Assembly (NCBI GenBank): GCA_942490695.1
Contig: CALNXU010000006.1
Span: 36,092 to 100,091 of the forward strand
Source of the DNA: Merismopediaceae cyanobacterium
GTDB lineage: Bacteria; Cyanobacteriota; Cyanobacteriia; Cyanobacteriales; Microcystaceae
Direction: 5' to 3'
Length of the DNA stretch: 64,000 nucleotides
Position numbers and translations under genes: made by a program. Shown here one piece after another: positions 11,136 to 20,548 of this stretch (within the stretch, counting starts at the first letter, position 1; each line of letters begins with the position of its first letter). The notes under the pieces were generated by a model. The model had not been told where the DNA came from. It was given only the letters and a program-made list of their open reading frames with translations, and searched no databases.

Positions 11136-11349
11136 AGAATCGGTTAACACAAGGGACGAATCAATCACATTGGGCAGACGAAACAACGGCGGATTAGGGA
11201 GTTATCAAAGAGCGGAGAACTGTTTTCTTCGTCTCCCTAAGATCGACACCCATCTTATCACCCCCAGCCGATTCCCTTTGGGTGGGGTTCTCCCCTCCGC
11301 GTTCATCCCTAGATGGATGACCCAAGTAATGGGGCGTTGCTTTTGTAAA

Positions 11350-12480
11350 TTAAGTCGATGTCAGAGACCGTCTGGACTGGCGACGATGCCCTCCAAATCC
11401 GACCAGAATACTGGTCAGAAAAATTCCCATGTAGTAGCTCAGGGTGATAAAACGACGACGAAGCGGGGGTTGAATACCCTGTACCTCGATTTCGTGGGTC
11501 GCACGGATGGTTTTACCATTGGTCAATGTGGTAGACGCAGCCACTTCATGGGGCGCACCATCAAAAAACTGCTCCCGCCATGGGAGTGACCCCTGTTCAT
11601 TGGTTTGACCGGCAAACGCCAATACGGTATCACCGGACTCTAGGGCCTTGACGGTAATGTTCACCGGATAATTCTCCAATGGAGCGCCGGTTGTCGCATC
11701 CAAGAGTTGGAGAGAACGCCGACTCGGCAGGCCGACAATGGCGGCTGAATCTCCCATAAGTTGCAGTTCCGTCGAGTCAAGCTGGGTAGCGACGGAAGTT
11801 TCATTGAGCGGCATCAGGTCGGGGACTGTCGCGTAAACTATTTCTGCTCGGATGTTGACCCACAGGAGGGCCACGATCGCCACCCCGGTTAAACCGCTTA
11901 ATAACAGGCGCACCGACCGGGGAACCCATTCTCCTTCTGGAATCGTTTGTTCACCACCAATAATCCAACCCCCGAGTAACCCAATTCCCACCAGCAGAAC
12001 AATCAAAATGGCGGTGTTACGATACTTGACCGGGTTTTCAGGCACGATAACGGGGATAGTCTGGCTGAAGGCGGCAATGCCCTCCTCCCCTAGCGGCGTG
12101 ACCCGGACTTGCAACTGATACTGTCCCCGGATGGGAAATTGTTGCTGGAATTCCATCACCCCATTCTGCGTTGTGCCTTCCACTGTCAGCAGTTCTGTTC
12201 CTTCCACAAGGGGAAAGTCGGAGGTTGTCCAGAATTGTGGCACTGGAGCGGTCAGCTTAATGAGGTAATTGGCGTTTTTAATGGGATCGCCGGCGGCGGT
12301 AGCGGCTTGCAACCGAACCGTGGTGAGGGTGTCGTCGGGAACCACCTGCGCTAAAGGAGGGGTGGTGTGAACCTCAAGGGTGGGTTGTTGGGCCTGGCTC
12401 GGGGAGTTGGTTAGCCATAAAAGCAGACAAACACAACTAGCGGCGATCGCCAGTCCGCCGTATCGCAAAAAGCGCATCAT
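11350..12480 (-). CDS. Uncharacterised exported membrane protein with two repeated beta-rich (Ig-like) domains
   Basis: N-terminal signal peptide, three further hydrophobic helices, two similar soluble segments; directly downstream of the cbtB-like gene. Confidence 0.8.
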   Translation of the reverse strand: MMRFLRYGGLAIAASCVCLLLWLTNSPSQAQQPTLEVHTTPPLAQVVPDDTLTTVRLQAATAAGDPIKNANYLIKLTAPVPQFWTTSDFPLVEGTELLTVEGTTQNGVMEFQQQFPIRGQYQLQVRVTPLGEEGIAAFSQTIPVIVPENPVKYRNTAILIVLLVGIGLLGGWIIGGEQTIPEGEWVPRSVRLLLSGLTGVAIVALLWVNIRAEIVYATVPDLMPLNETSVATQLDSTELQLMGDSAAIVGLPSRRSLQLLDATTGAPLENYPVNITVKALESGDTVLAFAGQTNEQGSLPWREQFFDGAPHEVAASTTLTNGKTIRATHEIEVQGIQPPLRRRFITLSYYMGIFLTSILVGFGGHRRQSRRSLTST

Positions 12481-12550
12481 TGAATATATCCTCGTTCAAA
12501 TTTTAGAGATAGTTGACCAACGTTAGACCTTTTAACAAATACGGCCGTCA

Positions 12551-12739
12551 TTAGTGGCACGCGACCCCCAGGGTGTGGTGACGGGTGGCATGGAGGGCAT
12601 CATGGACGGGGGGATAAACACTAAAATAGAGCGTCCAAACAATCAACGCCCCTAACGCCATCAACAACATGATTTGAACCGGAACTGACAGCGTAATGCG
12701 TTGGGTCCGCTGCCATAGAGAATGGGTTAAAACTGACAT
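12551..12739 (-). CDS. CbtB-like cobalt transporter small subunit
   Basis: 62 aa, one TM helix followed by His-rich VHDALHATRHHTLGVACH; RBS GAGG; behind a B12 riboswitch. Confidence 0.85.
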   Translation of the reverse strand: MSVLTHSLWQRTQRITLSVPVQIMLLMALGALIVWTLYFSVYPPVHDALHATRHHTLGVACH

Positions 12740-12771
12740 CTGTACCTCGCAGATTGAGCAACTTCCGCATT

Positions 12772-12916
12772 AATTCAGTGGGCGGGCATCCTGACTTAAG
12801 AAATCGCAGCACCACCTAAAGGGCACGCTTTCTTTCACAGTTGCGGGACAGTGCTGGCCTTGCACCAAGCTTTCCCCGTTTCCACTTAAGGCTGATCCCT
12901 TAAGTACCCTGAATGC
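12772..12916 (-). ncRNA. Cobalamin (B12) riboswitch
   Basis: Minus strand: GGT, stem ACTTAAGG/CCTTAAGT, AAACGGGGAAAGCTTGGTGCAAGGCCAGCACTGTCCCGCAACTGTGA, then B12 box AAGTCAGGATGCCCGCC. Confidence 0.92.
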
Positions 12917-13095
12917 GTAGTTTTTAACCTATCACGACGATCCATTCCCCCTTAATCCTCTGCAATGGAATGTTACGCTCCGCCTTACTTTTCATCCGGT
13001 TGAACCGGATGGGATAAGACCTTCCAGTGAATTGTTAAAATTTGTAAAGTCATGCATCCGAAAAAAAACATCCGGTTTATTTATTTTTAATCACC

Positions 13096-14046
13096 ATGCA
13101 AATCAAATCTTTGGGCGCGACCGACATTCACGTTCCCGCGTTGGGCATTGGTACCTGGTCTTGGGGAGACACCCTTTTTTGGGCCTATGGCAACAGTTAC
13201 GGTGAGACGGATGTGGCGGCGGCTTTTCAGTCAGCAGTTGATCACGGCATCACGTTATTTGATACGGCAGAAGTTTACGGGTTGGGGGAATCGGAACGGA
13301 TTTTAGGAAGGCTCTGCCATCAAACCACCGCAGCGGTCGTCATTGCGACGAAGTATTTTCCTTTGCCCTGGCGATGGCAACGGTCGGCGATCGCCGCCGC
13401 CCTAACGGCGAGTCTGGAACGATTACAAATGTCGCAGATTGCCCTCTACCAAATCCATTGGCCTTTGGAATTTTGGCTAAAAACCCAAGATTTTATGGAG
13501 GTGTTGGCGGCGGAAGTCAAACAGGGCAGAATTCAAGCCGTCGGCGTCAGTAACTACTCAGCCCAACAAATGCGTCAGGCCCATGAAATTCTGAGCAGTA
13601 AAGGTATCCCGCTGGCTGTTAACCAAGTCAACTACTCCCTCCTCAATCGAAAACTTGAAGAAAATGGCACTTTAGCGACCGCTCAAGACCTAGGCGTTAC
13701 CATTTTTGGCCTATAGTCCCCTTGCCCAAGGACTTGCTCACCGGAAAATATACTCCCCGACAGCTAGCTGTGAGCCTCCAGGGGGCACGGCGCACCGAAT
13801 CCCCGCTTTAGCGTCCGGGGTCTGACCAAAATTATGCCGCTACTCAAGCAGTTGCGGATCTTGGGGGAAAAGTACGACAAAACCCTTGCCCAGGTGTCCC
13901 TGAATTGGCTCATTGGTCAAACGGCAGTGATTCCAATTCCTGGGGCTAAGGATGCTCGCCAAGCGGAACAAAATGCTGGGACGTTGGGGTGGGAATTGTC
14001 CCCGGAAGACCGGCAGAGCTTGAGCGAGATTAAATTAGCTGCTTAG
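13096..14046 (+). CDS. Aldo/keto reductase, disrupted by several indels at about 13700-13810
   Basis: [38 protein letters not shown], then AYSPLAQG out of frame; [15 protein letters not shown] in ORF 13834-14046. Confidence 0.85.
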
Positions 14047-14848
14047 GCGTGAGGTGTTGGGGTAGGGAGGTGATTTTGACCTCTCCTCCGGCTTGTATCT
14101 CCAATACACTTTGTTCTGGACACTGTTGCCATTCGGCATGGAACAGCGGCTCGGACGAAATAATGACTCCGTCGGGATAACTAGGGGAATTGGCTAGCCA
14201 ATACAATGACGGTTCCGGGGGACGAGTGGCATAGCGACAGGCCACTAATTGTTGACCATCGGCTAACAAAATATTGGCGGAAAAAAAGGTGTGGTGTTGT
14301 TGGGCTAATTCGGCCAAGGTCATTAAGCTTTGGGTCAGGGCCGCCGCCAAGGTTTTTTCTGGCGATCGCCGCAGGATATCCAAAATTAGCGCAAAGATAT
14401 GTTCAGAGTCCGTGGTGCCATGGATCATCTGATAACTCTCATCACTTAAGGCATTCCGGAGGGGACGATACAGGGTCGTGCGAAATTGATCAATAAACCC
14501 ATTGTGGATAAATAATAGTTTTTCTTGGGTAAAGGGCTGGCAATTGGTCAAGTCCACCACAATCGGTGGTGTGGCACTGCGGACATAACCCAAAAAGCAA
14601 GCAGCATGAATGTAACGACTGAGATGGGAGAGGTTAATATCGCTCCAAATGGGTAGCGTATTTTTGTAGAGATAGGGCAGGCTTTCCGAGGCTTCATCAA
14701 ACCAACCAATGCCAAATCCATCAGCATTCAATAACCCCGCAGTCATTTGCTGAGGTTGGTAGCTTTGCACGATTAGAGAATGCTCCGGTTTGTAAATAAG
14801 TTGCTCTAACTGTACCGGACTCCCCAAATACCCTAACAATCGACACAT
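14030..14848 (-). CDS. egtC: Ergothioneine biosynthesis protein EgtC (class II glutamine amidotransferase)
   Basis: N-terminal MCRLLGY nucleophile, [24 protein letters not shown]. Confidence 0.85.
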   Translation of the reverse strand: MCRLLGYLGSPVQLEQLIYKPEHSLIVQSYQPQQMTAGLLNADGFGIGWFDEASESLPYLYKNTLPIWSDINLSHLSRYIHAACFLGYVRSATPPIVVDLTNCQPFTQEKLLFIHNGFIDQFRTTLYRPLRNALSDESYQMIHGTTDSEHIFALILDILRRSPEKTLAAALTQSLMTLAELAQQHHTFFSANILLADGQQLVACRYATRPPEPSLYWLANSPSYPDGVIISSEPLFHAEWQQCPEQSVLEIQAGGEVKITSLPQHLTPKQLI

Positions 14849-15154
14849 AATAATTTTGTTAACGGAACGGAAATTCAGGAAAAAAGCCGCAGGACAACCC
14901 CCTATGCGGTCGGGTTAATACCAAGGCTGCTTGTGATGGTTACAGACTGATGTTTGGCAATTTTAAGGTCAATAGCTTGTAACGCTGTTTTGTCATTTCA
15001 AACAATGGATTTGCGATCAGGCACGCAATTATTTTCGGAAAATCAGGTCTCCACTGCGACACATACCTGACTCGATTGCGATAAATTTGCCATCAAGCTT
15101 GGCATGGGAAGACCCGGCAACACGCTGAGACAAGCCCGTCGTTTCAATGTCCTA

Positions 15155-15436
15155 TTAACGATTGCCATGGGTAGGGCAGGGAGGCGCTTTCAGGGTTCTG
15201 TCGAGCCAACCTTCTGCCTGTTGTAGTTGAATTAAGGCTTCTTCTGGTTGGTCTTTCAGTAAATAGACAAGCGCCGCTGCTATTGCTTGTCCTGCTTGGG
15301 CTTTACGATCGCCTTTCAATCGGTGCCAGTCAGCCGGCGCGATCGCCAAGCGTGCGGCCAAGCTTTGGGCGAGTTCGGTGGTATCCAGATCAGGGTGTTG
15401 ATCTAGGGAAGAGGAAACAGAAGAAAAAGGAATCAT
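15155..15436 (-). CDS. Conserved cyanobacterial hypothetical protein
   Basis: ELAQSLA..DWHRLK..AAALV..GWLD..PPCPTHG pattern. Confidence 0.75.
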   Translation of the reverse strand: MIPFSSVSSSLDQHPDLDTTELAQSLAARLAIAPADWHRLKGDRKAQAGQAIAAALVYLLKDQPEEALIQLQQAEGWLDRTLKAPPCPTHGNR

Positions 15437-15703
15437 GGCGAATCAAAAAAGTGGCGCGTGGATGAAGTGCTCAGACAGAGGAATACCGCGATGTTAATGT
15501 TTATTTTAAAAAATAGCGACCAAAGCACGCAAAATATCGGTCGTGGGGAACGGTTGGCTCAGAAGACCGCTTCTGTCAATTTTGGTTAATCACGGTAGGC
15601 AAATTGTATCTAGCCTTTGTCAATTAGGCCCTTTAAGCAATGCATCCATCGGACTTGTGGGCGGATTTCAACGCTTAACTGACAGAAGCTGTACTGAATT
15701 CCC

Positions 15704-16687
15704 TTAAGTCGATTGGGAGCGGTTGCCGTGGCGAGACTCGTGGCGTTCATAGGCTTCAACAATTTTTTGAACCAAAGGATGTCGGACTACGTCAGCCTGG
15801 GTGAAATGGCAGAATGCAATTCCTTCTACATGGCGCAATAAAGATTGGGCAAACTCTAGCCCTGATGGCTGATGACCCGGCAAGTCCGTTTGGGTAATGT
15901 CCCCCGTCACAATCATTTTGGAACCGAAACCGAGGCGCGTTAATACCATCTTTAATTGGGCTGGGGTAGTGTTTTGGGCTTCATCGACAATGACAAAAGC
16001 ATTACTCAACGTTCGTCCCCGCATATATGCCAGGGGTGCTACTTCGATTTTGCCCCGCTCCATCAAGTCCGGAATCTTTTCTGGCTCAATAAATTCATAC
16101 AGGGCATCATAGAGCGGACGGAGAAAGGGGTTAACTTTTTGCTGTAGGTCTCCCGGCAAAAATCCTAACTTTTCCCCCGCCTCAACGGCGGGACGGGTCA
16201 GTATGAGGCGGTCACAGTCATTATTTAGCAACGCTTGCACCGCTAAAACTGCGGCTAAAAAAGTTTTTCCTGTCCCGGCAGGACCGATGCAAAAAGTCAC
16301 ATCATGTTTTTGGATGGCTTTGACATATTGTCGCTGCCGGAATGTTTTGGCTCGAATGGTCTCTCCCCGGCGAGTTTTAGCTAGCACCGTTTTTTGGAGG
16401 GATTGATATTCCTGGCCCCGATTAGTATCCTGCGCCTGAAACGCCGTAATTAAGTCAGGACGGGCAATGGCTTTTGCTTCTTGCCAATAGGGGGCTAATG
16501 ACTCTAGGACTGCCATCACCCGCGATACGGGTTTTGCCTCCCCCATCACCATCAATTCCTGACCCCGCAGAATTAGCTTGGCTCCGGTATGTTGGGCTAA
16601 ATAAATAAGATTGTCTTCCCCCGTTCCTGCCAGGGCGATCGCACTTTCTGGGGTGGGAAGTTGCAGGGTTTTAGTGACAGGAGGCAT
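15704..16687 (-). CDS. phoH: PhoH-family ATPase
   Basis: GPAGTGKT, RPAVEAGEKLGFLPG, YMRGRTL, DEAQN, GDITQTDL, VRHPLV. Confidence 0.95.
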   Translation of the reverse strand: MPPVTKTLQLPTPESAIALAGTGEDNLIYLAQHTGAKLILRGQELMVMGEAKPVSRVMAVLESLAPYWQEAKAIARPDLITAFQAQDTNRGQEYQSLQKTVLAKTRRGETIRAKTFRQRQYVKAIQKHDVTFCIGPAGTGKTFLAAVLAVQALLNNDCDRLILTRPAVEAGEKLGFLPGDLQQKVNPFLRPLYDALYEFIEPEKIPDLMERGKIEVAPLAYMRGRTLSNAFVIVDEAQNTTPAQLKMVLTRLGFGSKMIVTGDITQTDLPGHQPSGLEFAQSLLRHVEGIAFCHFTQADVVRHPLVQKIVEAYERHESRHGNRSQST

Positions 16688-16804
16688 GGAGGGTCAGATA
16701 TCAAGAACAGATGGGTGGGGACTAGGGAAATGATGAACGTTCGGTGTTTTTGGTGAATAGCTGGCGATCGCCAGCTTCCCCTTGCATTGTATCGACGCGG
16801 TCAC

Positions 16805-17857
16805 TTACTGCGGGTGATGAGATTGCATTTTCTGTAGTTTTTTAAATGCTTGGTAGATTTCTGGCAATTTTTTATAAATGGCTGACACTTTGAGATATAG
16901 CTTATTAGGTACCGCTGGACTCCCTGAAACGATTTCTCCTGCGCCAACTTCACCATGAATACCCGTCTGGGCGGAGGCGATCGCCCCATCACCAATCTTG
17001 GCTTGGTTGGCGACCCCGACTTGTCCGGCAAGAATCACGCGATTACCCACCGTCACACTACCCGCAATCCCTACTTGGGCAGCCATGGCACAGGCTTCCC
17101 CCACTTGAGCGTTATGGGCAATGTGAACTAGATTGTCGAGTTTGGTATTTTTGCCAATTTTAGTGACCCCGACCGTCGGGCGATCAATGGCGCTATTACA
17201 GCCCACTTCTACCCCGTCTTCTAGAACGACATACCCAGATTGTTCAATTTTGTACCAACCAGCTGCCGTCGGAACGAAACCAAATCCCTCTGCACCGATC
17301 ACTGCCCCAGAATGAATAACACAATAGGCCCCAATCTGAGAGCGTTCATGAACGGTGCAATTGGCATGTAATAAACTGTCCTCCCCCAGACTGACTCGGG
17401 GATAGATAACAGCATTCGCCATAATACAGACACGATCCCCAATTTTGCAGTCAGGGTAAATCACCACATGGGGACCAACGGACACATCCTGGCCTAATTT
17501 TACAGAGGGATCAATGACAGCGGTGGCATGAACCCCCGGAGCAGGGCGAAAAGGCTGATAGAAAAGCCGAATCGCTTCGGCAAATAAAAGTCGTGGGTTG
17601 GCGGTGCTCAACCAAGCTATGCCGTTAGCTCTCGCGGCGGCTTGCATTGCCCCATTATCCGGAATGATTAATGCCCCGGCCTGGGTGGTGGCCAATGGTG
17701 CCAAATATTTTGCATTTTCCACATAACTTAATTGCTGCACCTGAGCCTCTGATAGTCCTGCAACGCCCAGAATTTCCCTATCCTGATGGGAATCTTTTTC
17801 CAGGCTATGGGTGATTACTTGGGAACGTAAAGACGCGACAATCTGGCTAAATTGCAT
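16805..17857 (-). CDS. lpxD: UDP-3-O-(3-hydroxyacyl)glucosamine N-acyltransferase
   Basis: Hexapeptide repeats, GAEGFGF, KLDNLVHIAHN, AQVGIAGS. Confidence 0.95.
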   Translation of the reverse strand: MQFSQIVASLRSQVITHSLEKDSHQDREILGVAGLSEAQVQQLSYVENAKYLAPLATTQAGALIIPDNGAMQAAARANGIAWLSTANPRLLFAEAIRLFYQPFRPAPGVHATAVIDPSVKLGQDVSVGPHVVIYPDCKIGDRVCIMANAVIYPRVSLGEDSLLHANCTVHERSQIGAYCVIHSGAVIGAEGFGFVPTAAGWYKIEQSGYVVLEDGVEVGCNSAIDRPTVGVTKIGKNTKLDNLVHIAHNAQVGEACAMAAQVGIAGSVTVGNRVILAGQVGVANQAKIGDGAIASAQTGIHGEVGAGEIVSGSPAVPNKLYLKVSAIYKKLPEIYQAFKKLQKMQSHHPQ

Positions 17858-18209
17858 TACAAGAAAAGGTCAGTGGCTATTTAAAAATATAAGGGTATAT
17901 CGGTGACTCTTAATGCATCGCATCGATATGTCCCATAGCGATGGGTGGCAAGTTAGGCAAAAAGTCCACTCTGGGCAAAGACCAGCAGTTCCAAATTCAA
18001 ACGGTAGCTTATTATACAAATACTGCTTTCCTTGTGGAGATCAAGAGGTATTAGGAGCATTAGGAGCTTGAAGAGGGGCTGAGTCGTCGAGAATAAAGTC
18101 CAACAGGTGCTGCCAGCTTTCAAACAATAAATACTTTGTCAGACTCAGGAGATCCTAAAAAAAGCCCTTGCGTGTTCCTCGTTGAGTTCGAGCCCGCTGA
18201 TACCGCTCG

Positions 18210-18434
18210 TCAACCCAATGGAGAACTGTATGAAACAGGAAAGCCACCAGATTGGAAGTAACAGGAACATCGCCCGATACAGCCTGCCCCAAATCCCCCC
18301 AGCGGCATCCCGTGCCAAGGCCCATCATTTAAATTACTCTCATAGCGCACAGTGTAAGGGGCTTCCCATCCTTTACCCAGGGGGCGCTGCCAAGCATAGG
18401 AAGGAATGTCTGGTTTTTAAACTTGCAAAGCCAT
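18210..18434 (-). pseudogene. 5' fragment of a GH116-family glycoside hydrolase
   Basis: Manual translation MALQV*KPDIPSYAWQRPLGKGWEAPYTVRYESNLNDGPWHGMPLGGFGAGCIGR; GMPLGGFGAG is the GH116 N-terminal signature; internal TAA and truncated. Confidence 0.75.
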
Positions 18435-18765
18435 GCGGGGAACACAGGAAAAGAGAAGTGGTTTGTTGGTTTATCTTAAGCGACGCAGGGAGTGGGAGAA
18501 AAGACGGCTTTAAGAGTAATTTCGAGTTGGGGGCAGTAACTTGGGAAATTTACCATCTACGGGCTTGGGCTAGCATGGGGAAATAGCAACCTAACATCCA
18601 CTCCAAATCAGTCGGTTGATGCAACAAACTTAGATAAATAATTTAGGTAAAAGACAGGGGGCAACTTTTTTGACTACATTTTTTTGCTAAACAACTGATT
18701 TTATTTGACCCATTGCCGTCTAATATTGACTGCCATCGGCATATTCCCCACTTGCAACCAAACAA

Positions 18766-19188
18766 ATGATGATTCTTAAAAACGCTTTTTGGTTAGGCTT
18801 CGGGATTGTGGGTTTAGTTTGGGGGGCTGTTCCCGCTGATAGCCGCGCCCTACCGTCACCGACTACACCCGCTCTAATTTATCCCGCCGTTGTTCAGACT
18901 ATTCCGCTGCTAACCCATAAAGCTTCCACCAACACTATGCTACCTGAGGCGATCGCCAATGCTGTCCTTGCTGATCTTGCTGAAAAAACAGCGCGATCTG
19001 TTGCCGACTTCACTATCCAGTCTGCGACAGAAAAAACGTGGCCGGATAGTTGCTTAGGGTTATCCCGCCCCGACCAACTATGCGCCCAAGTGATGACACC
19101 GGGTTGGCAAGTGGTGGTGAGTGACGGCAAAAAAACGTGGACTTATCGCACCGATCAACGCGGCAAAAATATCCGCCCAGAAGCTTAG
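18766..19188 (+). CDS. Secreted hypothetical protein
   Basis: Signal peptide; TWPDSCLGL..CAQVMTPGWQVVV..YRTD..G motif seen in cyanobacterial exported proteins. Confidence 0.75.
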   Translation: MMILKNAFWLGFGIVGLVWGAVPADSRALPSPTTPALIYPAVVQTIPLLTHKASTNTMLPEAIANAVLADLAEKTARSVADFTIQSATEKTWPDSCLGLSRPDQLCAQVMTPGWQVVVSDGKKTWTYRTDQRGKNIRPEA

Positions 19189-19236
19189 ATTCAAATCTTC
19201 CTGGTTGACTAAACCCAATTGCGATAACTGTCATTC

Positions 19237-20262
19237 ATGGTTCCTGCCCCTCCTACTGCCACTACCCCGTGGTCTAGTCCACTACAAGTGGGGAATTTGA
19301 CCCTACAAAGTCGTGTGTTGCAATCGCCGCTATCAGGGGTAACAGACCGGGTATTTCGACAATTAGTCCGGCGCTATGCTCCCCAGTCCATGCTCTACAC
19401 CGAAATGGTCAGTGCTAGTGAGCTGCATCACCTCCGCCAGCTTCCCCGGGTGATGGACATTGCCCCAGGGGAAGAACCTATTAGCATTCAACTGTTTGAT
19501 TGTCGTCCCGATTTTATGGCAGAGGCGGCCCAAAAAGCGGTTGCCCAAGGCGCACAAACCATCGATATCAACATGGGATGTCCCGTCAATAAGATTACGA
19601 AAAAAGGTGGTGGTTCTTCCCTATTACGACAGCCCCGAGTGGCTGAAGCCATTGTCAAAACCGTTGTGGCGGCCGTTTCCGTTCCCGTCACCGTAAAAAC
19701 TCGCCTTGGGTGGGATGATACCGACATCGCCATTGTGGATTTTGCCCGACGTTTACAGGATGCAGGGGCACAGCTTTTGACTCTCCATGCCCGGACTCGT
19801 GCCCAGGGTTATAACGGAAATGCTCGCTGGGAATGGATCGCCAAAGTCAAACAAGCATTGTCCATTCCTGTTATTGCCAATGGAGACATTTTTTCGGTGG
19901 CAGCGGCGATCGCCTGTTTAGAGCAAACGGGGGCGGATGGGGTGATGTGTTCCCGAGGCAGTTTGGGATATCCCTTTTTGGTCGGGGAAATCGAACATTA
20001 TTTAAAAACTGGGCAACGGCGATCGCCAGCAACGGTGGTAGAAAGATTGACCTGCGCCAAGGAACATCTCCAAGGGCTGTGGGACTATAAAGGGCAACGG
20101 GGGCTGTATCAATCCCGTAAACATCTGGCGTGGTACTGCAAAGACTTTACGGGGGCAGCGGCGTTGCGGGAACAACTGTCACGGATTGAATCGGTTGCAG
20201 ACGGCATTAATCAATTAAATCGGGCGATTCAAACACAGCAAGAATCTACGTTACCCATCTGA
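19237..20262 (+). CDS. dusB: tRNA-dihydrouridine synthase DusB
   Basis: SPLSGVTD, DINMGCP, VTVKTRLGW, HARTRAQ, ANGDI. Confidence 0.93.
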   Translation: MVPAPPTATTPWSSPLQVGNLTLQSRVLQSPLSGVTDRVFRQLVRRYAPQSMLYTEMVSASELHHLRQLPRVMDIAPGEEPISIQLFDCRPDFMAEAAQKAVAQGAQTIDINMGCPVNKITKKGGGSSLLRQPRVAEAIVKTVVAAVSVPVTVKTRLGWDDTDIAIVDFARRLQDAGAQLLTLHARTRAQGYNGNARWEWIAKVKQALSIPVIANGDIFSVAAAIACLEQTGADGVMCSRGSLGYPFLVGEIEHYLKTGQRRSPATVVERLTCAKEHLQGLWDYKGQRGLYQSRKHLAWYCKDFTGAAALREQLSRIESVADGINQLNRAIQTQQESTLPI

Positions 20263-20320
20263 GATAGTGAGATCCTTTCCTTTCCGGCTGACAGTTCCGA
20301 TTTCACGCCAAGAACTTTAT

Positions 20321-20548
20321 TTATCCTGGCAATATCGCACTAATCAACCAGCAGAAAAAAAGCAAGAAAATTAAGAGCTTGAGCCAAAGATATTTAGCTT
20401 TATATGTCTCGTGTTTCTTGGTCGGAGGATGGATGACTTTGATCTTGGTGACAGTACGCGGCGGCGATCGCCGAATAATAATCAAGGGGTCAGGCTGCTG
20501 CCGTGGCGATCGGGGAGTCGCCGCTCGACGAGGTAAACGGTTAATCAT
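20321..20548 (-). CDS. Small basic protein with C-terminal TM helix
   Basis: ATGA overlap with the haloperoxidase stop; C-terminal LWLKLLIFLLFFCWLISAIL. Confidence 0.5.
   Translation of the reverse strand: MINRLPRRAATPRSPRQQPDPLIIIRRSPPRTVTKIKVIHPPTKKHETYKAKYLWLKLLIFLLFFCWLISAILPG

Noticed and set aside
18182-18586. 134-aa plus-strand ORF
   Set aside because: Antisense shadow of the GH116 remnant
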